This document shows positions 25,019 to 37,313 of a stretch of 64,000 bases of DNA, piece by piece. The stretch spans positions 52,514,001 through 52,578,000 of the forward strand of contig NC_043001.1 of NCBI RefSeq assembly GCF_006345805.1. Direction: 5' to 3'. Positions within the stretch are counted from its first letter, which is position 1. The number at the start of each line of letters is the position of its first letter. A program made the translations under genes and the position numbers. This DNA comes from Octopus sinensis. Taxonomy: Eukaryota. The notes beneath the pieces were generated by a model, which saw only the letters and a list, made by a program, of their open reading frames with translations, had not been told where the DNA came from and ran no database searches.

Positions 25019-25235
25019 ACAAGGAACTTATGTCAGCATCATGACGAACAAAAACTTTTAGATGACTGCCCACACGGAGTCCATAGCGAAAGCACGTGAT
25101 TTCTGCCATTGGCATGTAGATTCAACCGTGTTTTCCGACGTGAATTTGCTACCCGGGTATTGGTTAACCGAATTATCCATACTAGGATAATTTATTCAAC
25201 TACTTAAACATTCTTATATATATATATATATATAT

Positions 25236-25440
25236 AGTTAATCCAAACATGAAAACACAAAGAGAAAACACAACAACGCGAGGACGTGGAACAAGTAAAG
25301 TATTATTGAACGCTCAGGAAGGAAGGGAAGAGAGAGGGTTTAACGTTTTGAGCGGAGCTCTTCGTCAGAAACACAGGAAAAGGAAAGATCCAGGGAAGGG
25401 AAGATGGAGGAAAAAAATTGCCAACGGTACACACGCGGTC
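25236..25440 (-). mobile_element. pLTR-like repeat family D with a mutated HHR (G12A)
   Basis: 25338-25372 reverse complement: GTTT-CTGACGA-A-GAGC(TCC)GCTC-AAAA-CG-TT-AAAC. Confidence 0.7.
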
Positions 25441-25917
25441 ATATATTTATGTGTGTGTACATAAATATAAGAAACGAAAGTATACATACGCTGCCATATG
25501 TGTATAAAAAGGAATACAAAAAATGGGGCAAGAACGCAAAACATCCAGACAGTTAGATGATACAAAAAAGGGACAACAAAACATCCAGGCCGATGATGAT
25601 ACAAAAAGGGACCAGAAGAAACAAGGACGGGTCATTTTGGCCATAAGTCACACGATAGTAAATCAAAATTCCATAAATAATATCTGTAATTCTGCATTGA
25701 TTCGAATGGAAAAATTGCGTCGCTCAAGGACCTCAATTTGAAGAATGTTGATGATGTTTCATATCTTCATGCTTTTATTTAATTCATTCAGTTCTTAAAC
25801 ATAAATAAATATTGGAATTAAATAGTTTTGATTCACTGTTAGGCGACTTTTGGGCAACCCTGTACGCACACACACACGCGCGCGCGCGCACACACACACA
25901 CACACATATATATATAT

Positions 25918-25952
<35 letters not shown>

Positions 25953-26751
25953 GAGAGATGCAGTAACATATGCAAACAACCTTTTTTGGGGGAAGCGTCG
26001 AATGTCTATCATTACATACAAACAAGAAAGTAATATTTTGAATGTAGTATAGCCGTGAAAACAGCAGAAAAACTGGCTATTTTACCCTTACATGACCGTC
26101 GAATCCGCATCTCCCAGATACCGGCTGAGTACTCTATGAATTAAGCGAAATTGCCCACTGACAACAATATCGGTTATCTCGAAGATGCGGGTTCGAATCC
26201 TGTAGCTGTTTGACAAGATAGTATTATTTCATGTGCAGTATAGTCGTGAAAACAGCAGACAGATTGGGCTTTTTACCCTTGTCTGAGAAACGGGAATATG
26301 AAACTCTGAGTAGCAGATTTTTGTGATATTTTTGTGATGTTTTTGCAGCTTTAATAACAAAGTATATATATATATATAAGGAATTAAAAAAGGAAAATAC
26401 GCACACTTACATAGTTTTAATATAATTTTTAATATATGGACCGGTTTCGCTATCGCTATTCATGATTTATTTATTTGAATATATATTTTTTCTTAAGAAG
26501 AAATTTGATCCATGTTGTGTGTAATGAAATTCACGAGTGAATGACTTCACAAGTAGATAAATAAAGGAAGGTAATTGGTTGTTATTATTGTTATTGTTGT
26601 GTGTAAGGGAGATAGCTGTTCAGCTTTCGGTAATGGGTGGGGATTAAATATGTGTACAGAACAGAGACAGGTTTTTAAAAACCTTGTTTAGTAGGGGATT
26701 TATGTACAGTGATGTAATCGTGAATGGAATATGTAAAAATATAAAATTTAG

Positions 26752-28980
26752 TTATGCGTGCATATGAAGACGTGTTTTGTATTTTTCAGTGAAAAAAATT
26801 TCTTTATTTAAACGTTCTAGTTGAGAGATTGCGTCTTTGCACTGGTAGAAAGGGAAGACTGTAAAATTTGGTTTGATGTTGCCTGCACATTTTTCTATGT
26901 GTTCACTGAAAGGAATTTGTCTGTATTGCGGGAAACGGATTTGCTCCTTATGTAGAGTGATTCTCTTTCTCAGGGTCATACTCGTTTGTCCAATGTACTG
27001 ATGACCGCACCCCGAGCAGGTTATTACATACATTAGGTTCTCAGAGGCACAGGTGAAACTGGTTTTAATTGTGAACCTCTGTCCTTGTTTGAAAAGGAAA
27101 TCCGAGCCGTCAAGCAGGTTGGGGCAGGTTCCACAGTTTGGGCGTCCACATTTTTCAACCGTTGGATTCGTGGTTGTTTTGTAAATCTTCGCATTAGTTA
27201 GTAGTCTCTTTAGCGATTTGTCTTGTTTTTTGCATTTGATGAGTTTGTGTGTTTTCAGGATGTCGTTCATTTTTGGATCTCTAGTTAGTAAAGGGAGAGT
27301 TTGCACGATAGTGTTGAATGCCTCAATGTTTCTGGGGTTGTGTATTGATATAAAAAGTAATGTTTTGGTTTGAGGCGTGGTGCAATGTTTTTTTGTTCTT
27401 AGTGTTTTTGTGTCTAATTGTTTGGCACGTTTAATTCCCACGTCGATAAGAGAGGGTGGATATTGTCTTTCAATAAGTTTTGTTTTGAGGTCTTGAAGAC
27501 GAAGGTCCCGCGTTGTTCTATCAGACATTATTGTGCAGATCCTTTTTGCTACGTTAAATGGGATGTTTATTTTTATGTGTTTCGGGTGGCATGAGTTAAA
27601 AAGAAGATATTGTTTTGAGTCAGTTGGTTTATAATAAATGTCAGTTATGATTTCATTGTTAACTTTTTTTTATCATGATGTCTAAAAATGGAAGTTGTTC
27701 TTTGTTATATTCCATTGTGAATTGAATGTTACTATTTATGTCATTTAGTGTTGTTTTGAAATCCAAAAGTTTGTCGATGTTCTCCTTCCAGATGATAAAG
27801 CAGTCATCCAGGTATCGCTTCCAATTTCCTCTTATGTAGAGGTAAAATGGGTAACCATTTTTCTGAAGTGATACTTCATATAAGGTGAATTCAAAATAAC
27901 CCATTATTAGGTTCGCAAGAACAGGAGCTGCTTTCGTTCCTATCGCAATTCCGCATTTCTGACGATAGTATGTGTCATCAAATAGGAAATAATTGTTCTG
28001 AAGTATAAATTTTAAAGATTCAATGATAAAGGTCAGGTTTATGCGTTCCGGGAGGACTTCGCGGTACTTTTCCAACCAGAATTTAATTGCTTTTATGCCA
28101 TAGTCATGGGGGATGCTGGTGAAAAAATTGATAACATCGAGGGTGACCAATATTGACTCTTCATTAATCGTTTTAGGTAGGTGTTCTAGCATGTCTAAAT
28201 CATCCCTAATGAAGCTTTCGATGTATTTCAGCAAGAGTTTCAGTAGGATGTCTAGAAAATTGCTTAGTCGGTGGGTTTCACAGGCTGGCCCAGCTACAAT
28301 GGGTCTTAAAGTCAAGTCTTCTGGCGTTTAGATATTTATATATTTGCCTGGTGATTGTTTGCAGTCTTCATTGATTATCTTGCTCTTGTGTATCTTAGGG
28401 AGGCCATAAAAAAGACTGAGTTTACATTTGAAGTTCGTGATGTAGTCTGTTTCTTTTTCTGTCAGGCCTTTTCCAAGTAGAAGAATTAAGGATGCAAGAT
28501 TTTTCATTGTTTTTTGTTGTTTATAGTTTATAACTTTTCCGTAGAAGGCCTCGTTTTCTAATATGGAAAGTACTAGGTTTTTATAGTGTTCTGTGTCCAT
28601 CAGAACTACAGCACTTCCTTTGTCAGCTACTTTAATTGTCAGGTCTTTGCCGTTTTTTAGTTCAGTCAGATTTTTCCATTCTAGATTGTTGAGGTTAAGA
28701 TTAATTTTTCGTTTAATGGATGTGTTGCGGAACTTTTGGATATGGTTGCAGTAGTCAACCAGTGTTTTATTTCTACCCTTATGTGGAAGGTAATTACTTC
28801 TGCTTTTGACTAGTGATTCATCTTCGTTGTCGTAGTCAGTTAGTGCTTCTGCGAGTCGTAGTTCTCTGCAGAATTCCGAAATATTGTCTTTAATTTCATT
28901 ATGGTTAGATCTTCGTGGGGTTGGGGTGAACTTTAAACCTTTGGATAGTATATTGATTTTTGTTATGGATAGAGTTTTCT
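26752..28980 (-). mobile_element. Near-intact, 5'-truncated Neptune-type PLE (RT + GIY-YIG)
   Basis: LSKGLKFTP, ADKGSAVVLM, FYGLPKIHK, LRPIVAG, GIAIGTKAAP, WKRYLDDCF, LPFLD, YYKPTD, CGRPNCGTCP and YVITCSGCGHQYIGQT. One in-frame TAA (28328-28330) and one frameshift in an A-run (~27662-27670). Confidence 0.92.
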
Positions 28981-29009
28981 ATATATATATTCTTTTATTC
29001 TCTTATTTG

Positions 29010-29372
29010 TTTCAGTCATGTGACTACGGCCATGCTGGAGCAGCACCTTTAGTAGAACAAATCGACCCCAGGACTCATTTTTTGTAAATCTACTACTTTC
29101 TTCTATCGGTCTATCTGCTGGATCTCAGTTTTTTATATGCTAGACCACTGGTGTTAAAACTGATGTTATCAAATTAATATCCAATTTTTCACCCCCATTT
29201 TGATTTTAACTTAAAATTAATACGTTCTCAAAACCGGCGAAAACTACTGCAGTGAATTATTTATGCAGTTACGGGAACGTAAACACACCAGCATCGGTTC
29301 TCAGGCGATGGTGGGGGGACAAACACACACACACATACACACACACTCACACCCACCCACCCATATATACAT

Positions 29373-29427
<55 letters not shown>

Positions 29428-29585
29428 TATATACGACGGGCTTCTTTCAGTTTCCGTCTACCAAATCCACTCCCACGGCTTTGGTTAGCCCGATGCTATA
29501 GTAGAAAAACTTGTCGAAGATCACGCAGTAGTACTGAACCCTGAACCATGTGGCAAATTACTTACCACACAGCCACTCCTGTGCC
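29010..29585 (-). mobile_element. SINE family A, interrupted at about 29115-29250
   Basis: Head CCACACAGCCACTCCTGTGCC ends at 29585; the 3' part CATGCTGGAGCAGCACC is at about 29030. Confidence 0.8.
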
Positions 29586-31739
29586 GATATATATATGCGT
29601 GTGTGAGTGTACGTGTGTGCATGTCTGCATTTTATATGCATATCTGTGTCTGTGTGCGTGAGTGTGTGTATGTGTGTATACACGCATACGCATGTCTTGC
29701 ATGTATATTTCATATTAAATTCTACATGCATCAACATGTTAAGGAACTCTGAAAGATTTTAAATTAATACAATCTGGGAAAATATAGAATATTAACAATG
29801 ATTGTGTAAATGGTATGAAGAAAGTTTCATTTATAAAAATATGAAAAGTACATATGTAGCGTTCATTAATATTGAAAATAATGTACGGAAGCGCTTCCAT
29901 TGTTTCCAGCATTTACTGGTAGCCCAGTTTTGAATTTCTGCTCTGCTTGTCCACGTCAGAGAATTAATCCAAATTATAGACGAATAGTAATTTATATTTC
30001 ATATAGTGTACACACTTTATTTGCTATGATACGTCCTTTGATGTAGCTTAAAAAGGAAATTATCGAGTGAGAAAGAGCAGACCGCCCAATAAATTTATTG
30101 CTCTATCTGCAGTCGCTCTATCTTCATACCAAATGATTTATGTGTTTATCGTCACTGATTTCTGGGAAATGGAAGTTCCGAATTATAAGTATATAGCGAT
30201 CAGAATTATCTGTCAACTAACACAAACACAGAAAACTATTGACTTCGCTTATGCAAGTTTGCCTCAAACCACCATACATTTTTTCGTTATGTAGAGGAAG
30301 ACAGCATGCTGTTGAGAACTACTTTGCAAAAATTCAGAAAGGGAAGTTTCGCTTACTTTTGCAAACGGAAATCGCACTTAAGTTATATTTTATTTGTTTG
30401 TCTTACAAGGATAAAAATATAAACTACGGTACAAAGAAATGTTAAGTGCAAAGTCTTGTTTTGATGGAGAATGCTAGCGACTGTTTACTAGAGGGTACTC
30501 GATAGCATTATTATTCTCCAGTAACCTCACACTTTGCCTGCATATTGGTGCTTTCATTCTGAATCAGGAATTGTAGCATTTTAAACTAATAATAATATCT
30601 TAAGTCAACTAAATACATTTCCAAGTTGACTATCATTACACTACAATGCAAAACTGTGTTAAGTTTGAAAAATCGAGTTATCACTTGAAAATTTATGTAA
30701 AAAAAATGTCTCTATCGCAAAAGAAAAAATGTAGGATATTTTGTACTGTACAGCTTCATAGCTACTGAAATAACGACATCCGTGGTGCTGAACACCGCAG
30801 GCTTGCGGTGTTCAGCGCCACGGATTGTGTACTTTTGGCTCAACTGTAGATCAAATTATAATCTTTGTAGATTTCCTTGCATGACACATCTGGTATTAAA
30901 TCTGTTAGTTGACGTGTCAGTATTTATTCTGATACTTAAGTTTTGTTTCTTAAAAATGTATGCTGAAATTTACATTTTATGATTTGGGAAGTAATAATTA
31001 AATGATAAAACATTTAAAGGCTAGAAGCTGATTACTGGAATCACGTCGGTAGCTGAGTTAACTGAATATTAACATAGCTAGTGAGAATATATGGTATTAA
31101 TTGGAGGTAAACTATACCAGGTGGACTACTGTTGAATGTATAATGGCAACACAACGCTATTGGAATCTGCTCCGAATAAGGCAGTAAATAGATAGTAGTA
31201 AATACAATGATGATGATATTATAACAACAACAACAATGATAATCATAATTTTTTTCAGAATATGTTAACAATGGATGCATTCATCTTGGAACCGTGGAAC
31301 TCAATGATATTATGCACATAAAATTAGAAATAATGTAAATAATATATTTGTAAAGACTTAAACTTGTTTTAATGCCCAAATTTAATTCAGAGAATTTGAT
31401 ACATTCAGTTATCATATGGGTGGTTGCTACCGTGTCTTATATTACTGAAATACTGAATTAGATGAAAGATGTATAGATATATGAATCCCATCATACTAAT
31501 AATTTTGCAGAAATGACTGAAAATTTAATTAAATACAAGAATATACCAATAATGGTCTAAAAATGTAGCATCTGGGAACGTTAAGTCTGCGCGTGAACAT
31601 CACAGCTTCAAGGATAGTGCCAAATAGAACTACCACAAATATAAAAACATGTTTTCATGAGTATAGCGCACATATTACTCGGAGCAACTCCCATAAGACA
31701 AAGCAACAACTAAATCATATTGCTACTACTACACCTACT

Positions 31740-31768
31740 ACTACTACTGATGATGGTGATGATGATGT

Positions 31769-31811
<43 letters not shown>

Positions 31812-31845
31812 AATAATAATAATAATAATAATAAAAATAATAATA

Positions 31846-31877
<32 letters not shown>

Positions 31878-31899
31878 AATAATAATAAAAATAATAATA

Positions 31900-31931
<32 letters not shown>

Positions 31932-31955
31932 AATAATAATAATAATAATAATACC
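31740..31955. repeat. (GAT)n/(AAT)n compound microsatellite
   Basis: Visible alternating triplet blocks. Confidence 0.95.
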
Positions 31956-33275
31956 CAAAATCTGACATAGAAAGGCTATATATACAACGTATAGAAGGTG
32001 GTAGAGGCCTTATACAGCTGGAAAACTATTATAAAATAACCACCATAGGACTGCAAAAATATCTACTTCAGAAGCAAGGAAAACTGATACAAATAATGGC
32101 AAAACACGAGCAGAGCAAAAACCTGTTTTCAATATTTAAGGAAGCTGACAAATACAAACAAGGTATCATACCACCTAACAAATATGAAGAAGAAGAAGAA
32201 GAAGAAGAAGAAGAAGAAGAAGAAGAAGAAGAAGAAGAAGAAGAAGAAGAAGAAGAAGAAAAAGGAGAAGAAGAAGAATAAGAAAAATGAGAAGAAGAAG
32301 AAGAAGAAGAAGAAGAAGAAGAAGAAGAAGAAGGGGAAGAAACAAAAGCTATAAAACAAATGAAATCCAAACTAAAAATAGAACAGCAACGGACCGTGAT
32401 AAAACGATGGCAAGAAAAGCTCCTTCATGGCAAATACTGGACTAAACTAAATGCAAAAGAAATAGACAAAGAAAAATCCCAGCAATGGTTGAGAAGCTCA
32501 GGATTCAAAGCAGAGACAGGAGAATTTTTAACTGCAGCACAAGACCGAAGCCTCCCCATCCAGAAATTACCAAAAACATGTAATGAAAAGAAATATTACA
32601 AGTAATTGCAGAACATGCGGTGATGGAGAAGAAACAATAAATCATATTATCTCTGGCTGCCCGGTCCTGGCTAAGAAGAAATATATTCACAGACTCGACA
32701 AAGTTGGGACCTACACACACTGGAAGCTATGCTAACTTTATGGAATAACAACAGAAAAAAGATGGTATAGGCACACACCAGAAAAGGTCACAGAAAACGA
32801 GAAAGCAACCACACTCCGGGATTTGCCAATACACACAGATAGAGAAGTTAAGGCTAACAGGCCAGTTATAGTTGTCAGAGATCATGAAGAAAAAAAAATG
32901 CTTTCTAATTGATGTATCAATACCAGCAGATGACAACGTTTCTCTAAAAGAAATGGAGAAACTTTCAAAATACAAAGACCTGGACATAGAGGTAACTAGA
33001 ATGTGGAATCTAAAAACAGAAACAATTTCTATCTTAGTAGGTGCATTAGCCATGATAAAAAAATATTCAGACAAATACATAACAAAAACACCAGGACTTA
33101 CAAACACATATAACATACAGAAAAATTGCACTAATAGGCACTGCACACATCCTACGCAAAACACTTTCAATACAGTAACCATCAGAGTATCACAACAAAT
33201 CACAGCACATACCCAAGACACACAGAGCTGCGCTAGGTAGTCAAGTGAATGCACGCTATAAAAATAAAACTACTG
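31956..33275 (+). mobile_element. Second R4/Dong-like LINE 3' fragment, decayed
   Basis: PKSDIERLYIQRIEGGRGLIQLE, WQEKLLHGKY, GFKAETGEFLTAAQD, LIDVSIP and KLSKYKDLDIEV; frameshifts; (AAT)n on both sides. Confidence 0.88.
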
Positions 33276-33305
33276 AATAATAATAATAATAATATAATAA
33301 TAATA

Positions 33306-33395
<90 letters not shown>

Positions 33396-33420
33396 GATGA
33401 TGATGATGATAATAATAATA

Positions 33421-33481
<61 letters not shown>

Positions 33482-33560
33482 AAGAAGAAGAAGAAGAAAA
33501 GAAGAAGAAGAAGAAGAAGAAGAAGAAGAAGAAGAAGAAGAAGAAGAAGAAGAAGAAGAA
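33275..33560. repeat. (AAT)n-(GAT)n-(AAT)n-(AAG)n compound microsatellite
   Basis: Visible triplet blocks. Confidence 0.95.
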
Positions 33561-33604
33561 AGAACATTTGTTATTATTATCATTACTATTATTTTGATGC
33601 AAAG

Positions 33605-34255
33605 TTGTAATTTGTGGGGAAGGTTAAATTCAATGACATCGACTCAGGAATTTAACCGATATTCTATCTTGTCGACTTGCAGATCGCGAAAAGATGAAAA
33701 GTAACGTTGACCTTCACTGGAATTGAAGTCAGAATATAAGAGCCGGGAAAAATGACATATTTTTTCCGCTTCACTAACGATTGTACCAGCAGGTTCCTCA
33801 TTTATAACAGCAAAGATATGAAAAACAATAATAATAATGGCCATAATAGTAATAATATTGCTGACATAGGTTCATATCTATGAAAATTATCAAGAATCTA
33901 TAGACATTTTGCTTTCAAATTTTGGTACAATGCCAGGAATTCGGGGATTGGATGTAAGTCGATTATATCGATCCCAATGCTCAACTGATATTTATTGGAT
34001 CGACTTCGGAAGGATGAAAGGCAAAATCAGCCTTGGCGGAATATGAACTCAGAACGTGTAGTTTTCTGTAGTTTGTTCGTCGATGCGACGAAGACCATCT
34101 AATAATCCTGGGTTGGGGGTGGGCTTGTTTTGTGAGTCCGCAGATGGCTAATGAGGCCAATCTGCGCCCGAAATGCAGGGAATGGTAGCGACGGACGAAA
34201 TACTGCTAAGCATTTAGCCCAGGGTGTAAACGATCCTATCAGCTCTCCGCCTTAG
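33605..34255 (-). mobile_element. Two SINE family B copies (33605-33790 and 33905-34255, the latter with a ~127-bp insert)
   Basis: GAAAGGATGAAAGGCAAAA..GGCGGAATATGAACTCAGAACG and GACGAAATACTGCTAAGCATTT are separated by the insert. Confidence 0.7.
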
Positions 34256-35261
34256 AATATATAGTCATATTGATACTGATGTTCTTCGAAAAACATCAAA
34301 ATCCTTTTACGGGCATATGTAAAACATTTGCGTACTAGGTACATTTATATTTATTTGCTTGGACTAGTTAATGGCCCGAAGATTTACATCGAAGATCCTT
34401 AGTACATTTATTATGTAATATTTCCTACGTATATCACCTACAGTCGTCTCATAGTAATAAGTACATTTGTAATACTTTATGTAATAGCTTGGTGTTACAA
34501 CTGTGCAGCAAGTCGTCGATCATCCCGGTAAATGTTTTGCATTTTAACTTTTCATACTGACATATACTTGCTGGAATATTTTGTAAGTATCATACAGTTT
34601 GTTGTATATTATAAATTTTCTATTGAAAACAAAAATCCGAGTCGATAATTCATACACGTATAACGTACATATATACTATATGTCAAAGTAACATTTTAAA
34701 TGTTATTTAATGGGTAAATAAAAAAAGAAAACTATTGTTGTTTATTCTAAATACTACTAAAACTCTGCCGATAAAGCGATAAAAAATCGCATGGTAATTA
34801 TAATTGATGCGTTAAAATAGAACAAGAGATTTGCAATTTAATGAAATATTGTAAAATATTAGCTTTGATTATTAGCATTTAATGCGCTAGTTAATAAATA
34901 TATGTAAATATATATAAAGAAATTAATACAATACATGAATTCTTGTTATTTTCACATTACCAATAGACGTACTTGCCTACAATCAATAAGTCTCGCATCA
35001 TTTACTAACTGTACAAGCTTGAGTCAGAGGCTATAATTAGAATAATATCGTATGAAAATAGATTAGTATTCTGGTACGTATTTAACTTGTAAAGTAAGTT
35101 TAAATGTTGTGGAATATTATAAATATATCGCACCAATTATATTCCGGTTCTTATACTAGCTTGGCATCTGTTTTCTGGTTGAAATAGTAAACTGTTACAA
35201 ATAATTCGGAGAATATTAAATGGTGGTGTATATATATATATATATATATAATATATATATA

Positions 35262-35339
<78 letters not shown>

Positions 35340-35349
35340 TGTATATATG

Positions 35350-36048
35350 TAATATCAGGGTATAAAATAGTACAGAGCATTGCTAGAAATAAGAGTCCAA
35401 ACAGCTCAAGAACCACAGTAAATCACTTTACACATTGGTGAATTCGAGGAAACGAGTATATAAAAAGCCAACTTTCCAACAGCGTGAAAATCGCAAAATG
35501 AGTGTGTAGATATACTCATATCACGTGGTTTCGAACCCGGTGATAAACACTTAATCCTCATTAGTGAGTATTATTGCCTAGGGCTAAATACACTTGTGCA
35601 GTTTCGATTCTTATTTATAAGAATGTTGTGTACAATCTTGTACACTGATCATTAATTAATACTTTTACCTTTTTCTTTATTTTAGGCTTGCTATACACTT
35701 ATATAATTGCTTTTTATTGATAATAATATCTTTATATATTTTTATAATTTTATTCACTTCGATCATTTTAAATTTGCCGCTACATTCATGTGGTCAATAA
35801 CCTCTTGGTGACGCGAGTATACTTAGCTCTAGGCAGTAATACTGACTGGTGAGTACTAAATGTTTATCACAGTGTTCGGTATCTCGTGATATGCGTATGT
35901 CTGCGATTTTTCTCGCTATTGGTATGTTGGACTTTATATACTCGTTTCTTGGAATTCACCAGTGCACATAAGTGATTTACTGCTCATAGGTGAGCAGTCT
36001 GGACTCTTAATTCTAGCAATGCTGTGTACCACCTTCTACCCAGATTAT
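35350..36048. repeat. Diverged inverted repeat pair (~250-bp arms) with decayed HHR motifs
   Basis: 35350-35600 versus 35812-36048 (e.g. GCATTGCTAGAAATAAGAGTCC / GGACTCTTAATTCTAGCAATGC). Confidence 0.75.
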
Positions 36049-36615
36049 AAATCAATAATTTCGCTTTTTGGTTATTTTATGCTTGCTAGCAACATATATT
36101 ATTATTTTTTATTAATAATATTATTTTTATATATATACGTACAGCATAAAAGATATATTTACTGGCTTCATTTGCCACTATATAATATGTAATAAAAATT
36201 CTTAGAATATGATTGTAGTGTCAAATTATCTGAGTCTTAATAGTAATTTTTCATATCTATATTAACAAAGATATTAAATTACGCCAAGGCATATGATTTT
36301 ATATATAACAAGGAAAGGAAAAAATACACTTGCCATTGTTTCATTGAGTACAGCACATTTCTAGACAAGGCTACAATCTGGATGTATAAAAATTTGCCTG
36401 TGTTTGTTATTTACTATATTTTGTGACATTTGTTTATCTATTATCGTACGTCTGGGAACGCGCGAACGCATACGCAAAAACACACATACACACACACAAA
36501 CACAAATACGCACACACACATTTATATATATATATATATATATATATATGTAACGCCATGTTGGACCGTTAGCTCCTACACGCATTTTTTTCTCTCCTTG
36601 TTTCTTTTCTCTGTA

Positions 36616-36653
36616 TCTTTCTGTCGAAGAGCGTAGGCTCGAAAGGTAAAAGA
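36616..36653 (+). ncRNA. Hammerhead-like motif, CUGUCGA core variant
   Basis: TCTTT-CTGTCGA-A-GAGC(GTAG)GCTC-GAAA-GG-TA-AAAGA; perfect stems I and II. Confidence 0.5.
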
Positions 36654-37090
36654 TTTGTTTTATTTCTATTCCTGATCGCCATACTAATACAATTGTTTGT
36701 TTGTACTCCACCTGCCTTCGTCTTTTGTTTATTTTCGTAAACCTTCCCGTTATATATATATATATATCTTAATTATTAATTATTACTTATATATTAATTA
36801 TTAATGATTAGCGATGGAAACAGTATTTATAACAAAATGTATTCTTTATATCCTACTTAACATGGAGGCTTTGTTAGAACATCGAGTACTGCGTTATTAT
36901 CTTTGGGAGAGTCCCTCGTTTAGGCGTTTGGTACATTAAAGCACATACATAGATCGTAACAGACGAAACAACTCTCATGGGCGCTAAAATTTCCATATCA
37001 CGTGATTTCAGTCCATTGGACCTCCTCGACCATTCATCTCATATCAGTCAGATCTTTCTGCTATGATATAAAGAATTTCACCACTTGTTT

Positions 37091-37250
37091 AGAAGCAGGG
37101 GTGGATGTGTGATAAGAGGTTTGCTTCACAACCACTTACTTGTAGGTTCAGTCCCACCGCCTGGCACCTTGAGCAAGTGTCTTCTAGAGCCTCGGGCAGA
37201 CCAAAGTTTGTGAGTGAAACAGGTGGAAGGAAACTAAAAAAATCTTGTTT

Positions 37251-37255
<5 letters not shown>
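37091..37255 (+). mobile_element. SINE family A head
   Basis: GGTTCAGTCCCAC..GGCACCTTGAGCAAGTGTCTTCT..GGAAACT. Confidence 0.75.

Positions 37256-37313
<58 letters not shown>

Noticed and set aside
26187-26203. tRNA T-arm/B-box GGTTCGAATCC (similar motif near 54765-54785 on the minus strand)
   Set aside because: No cloverleaf can be completed; likely SINE-derived fragments.
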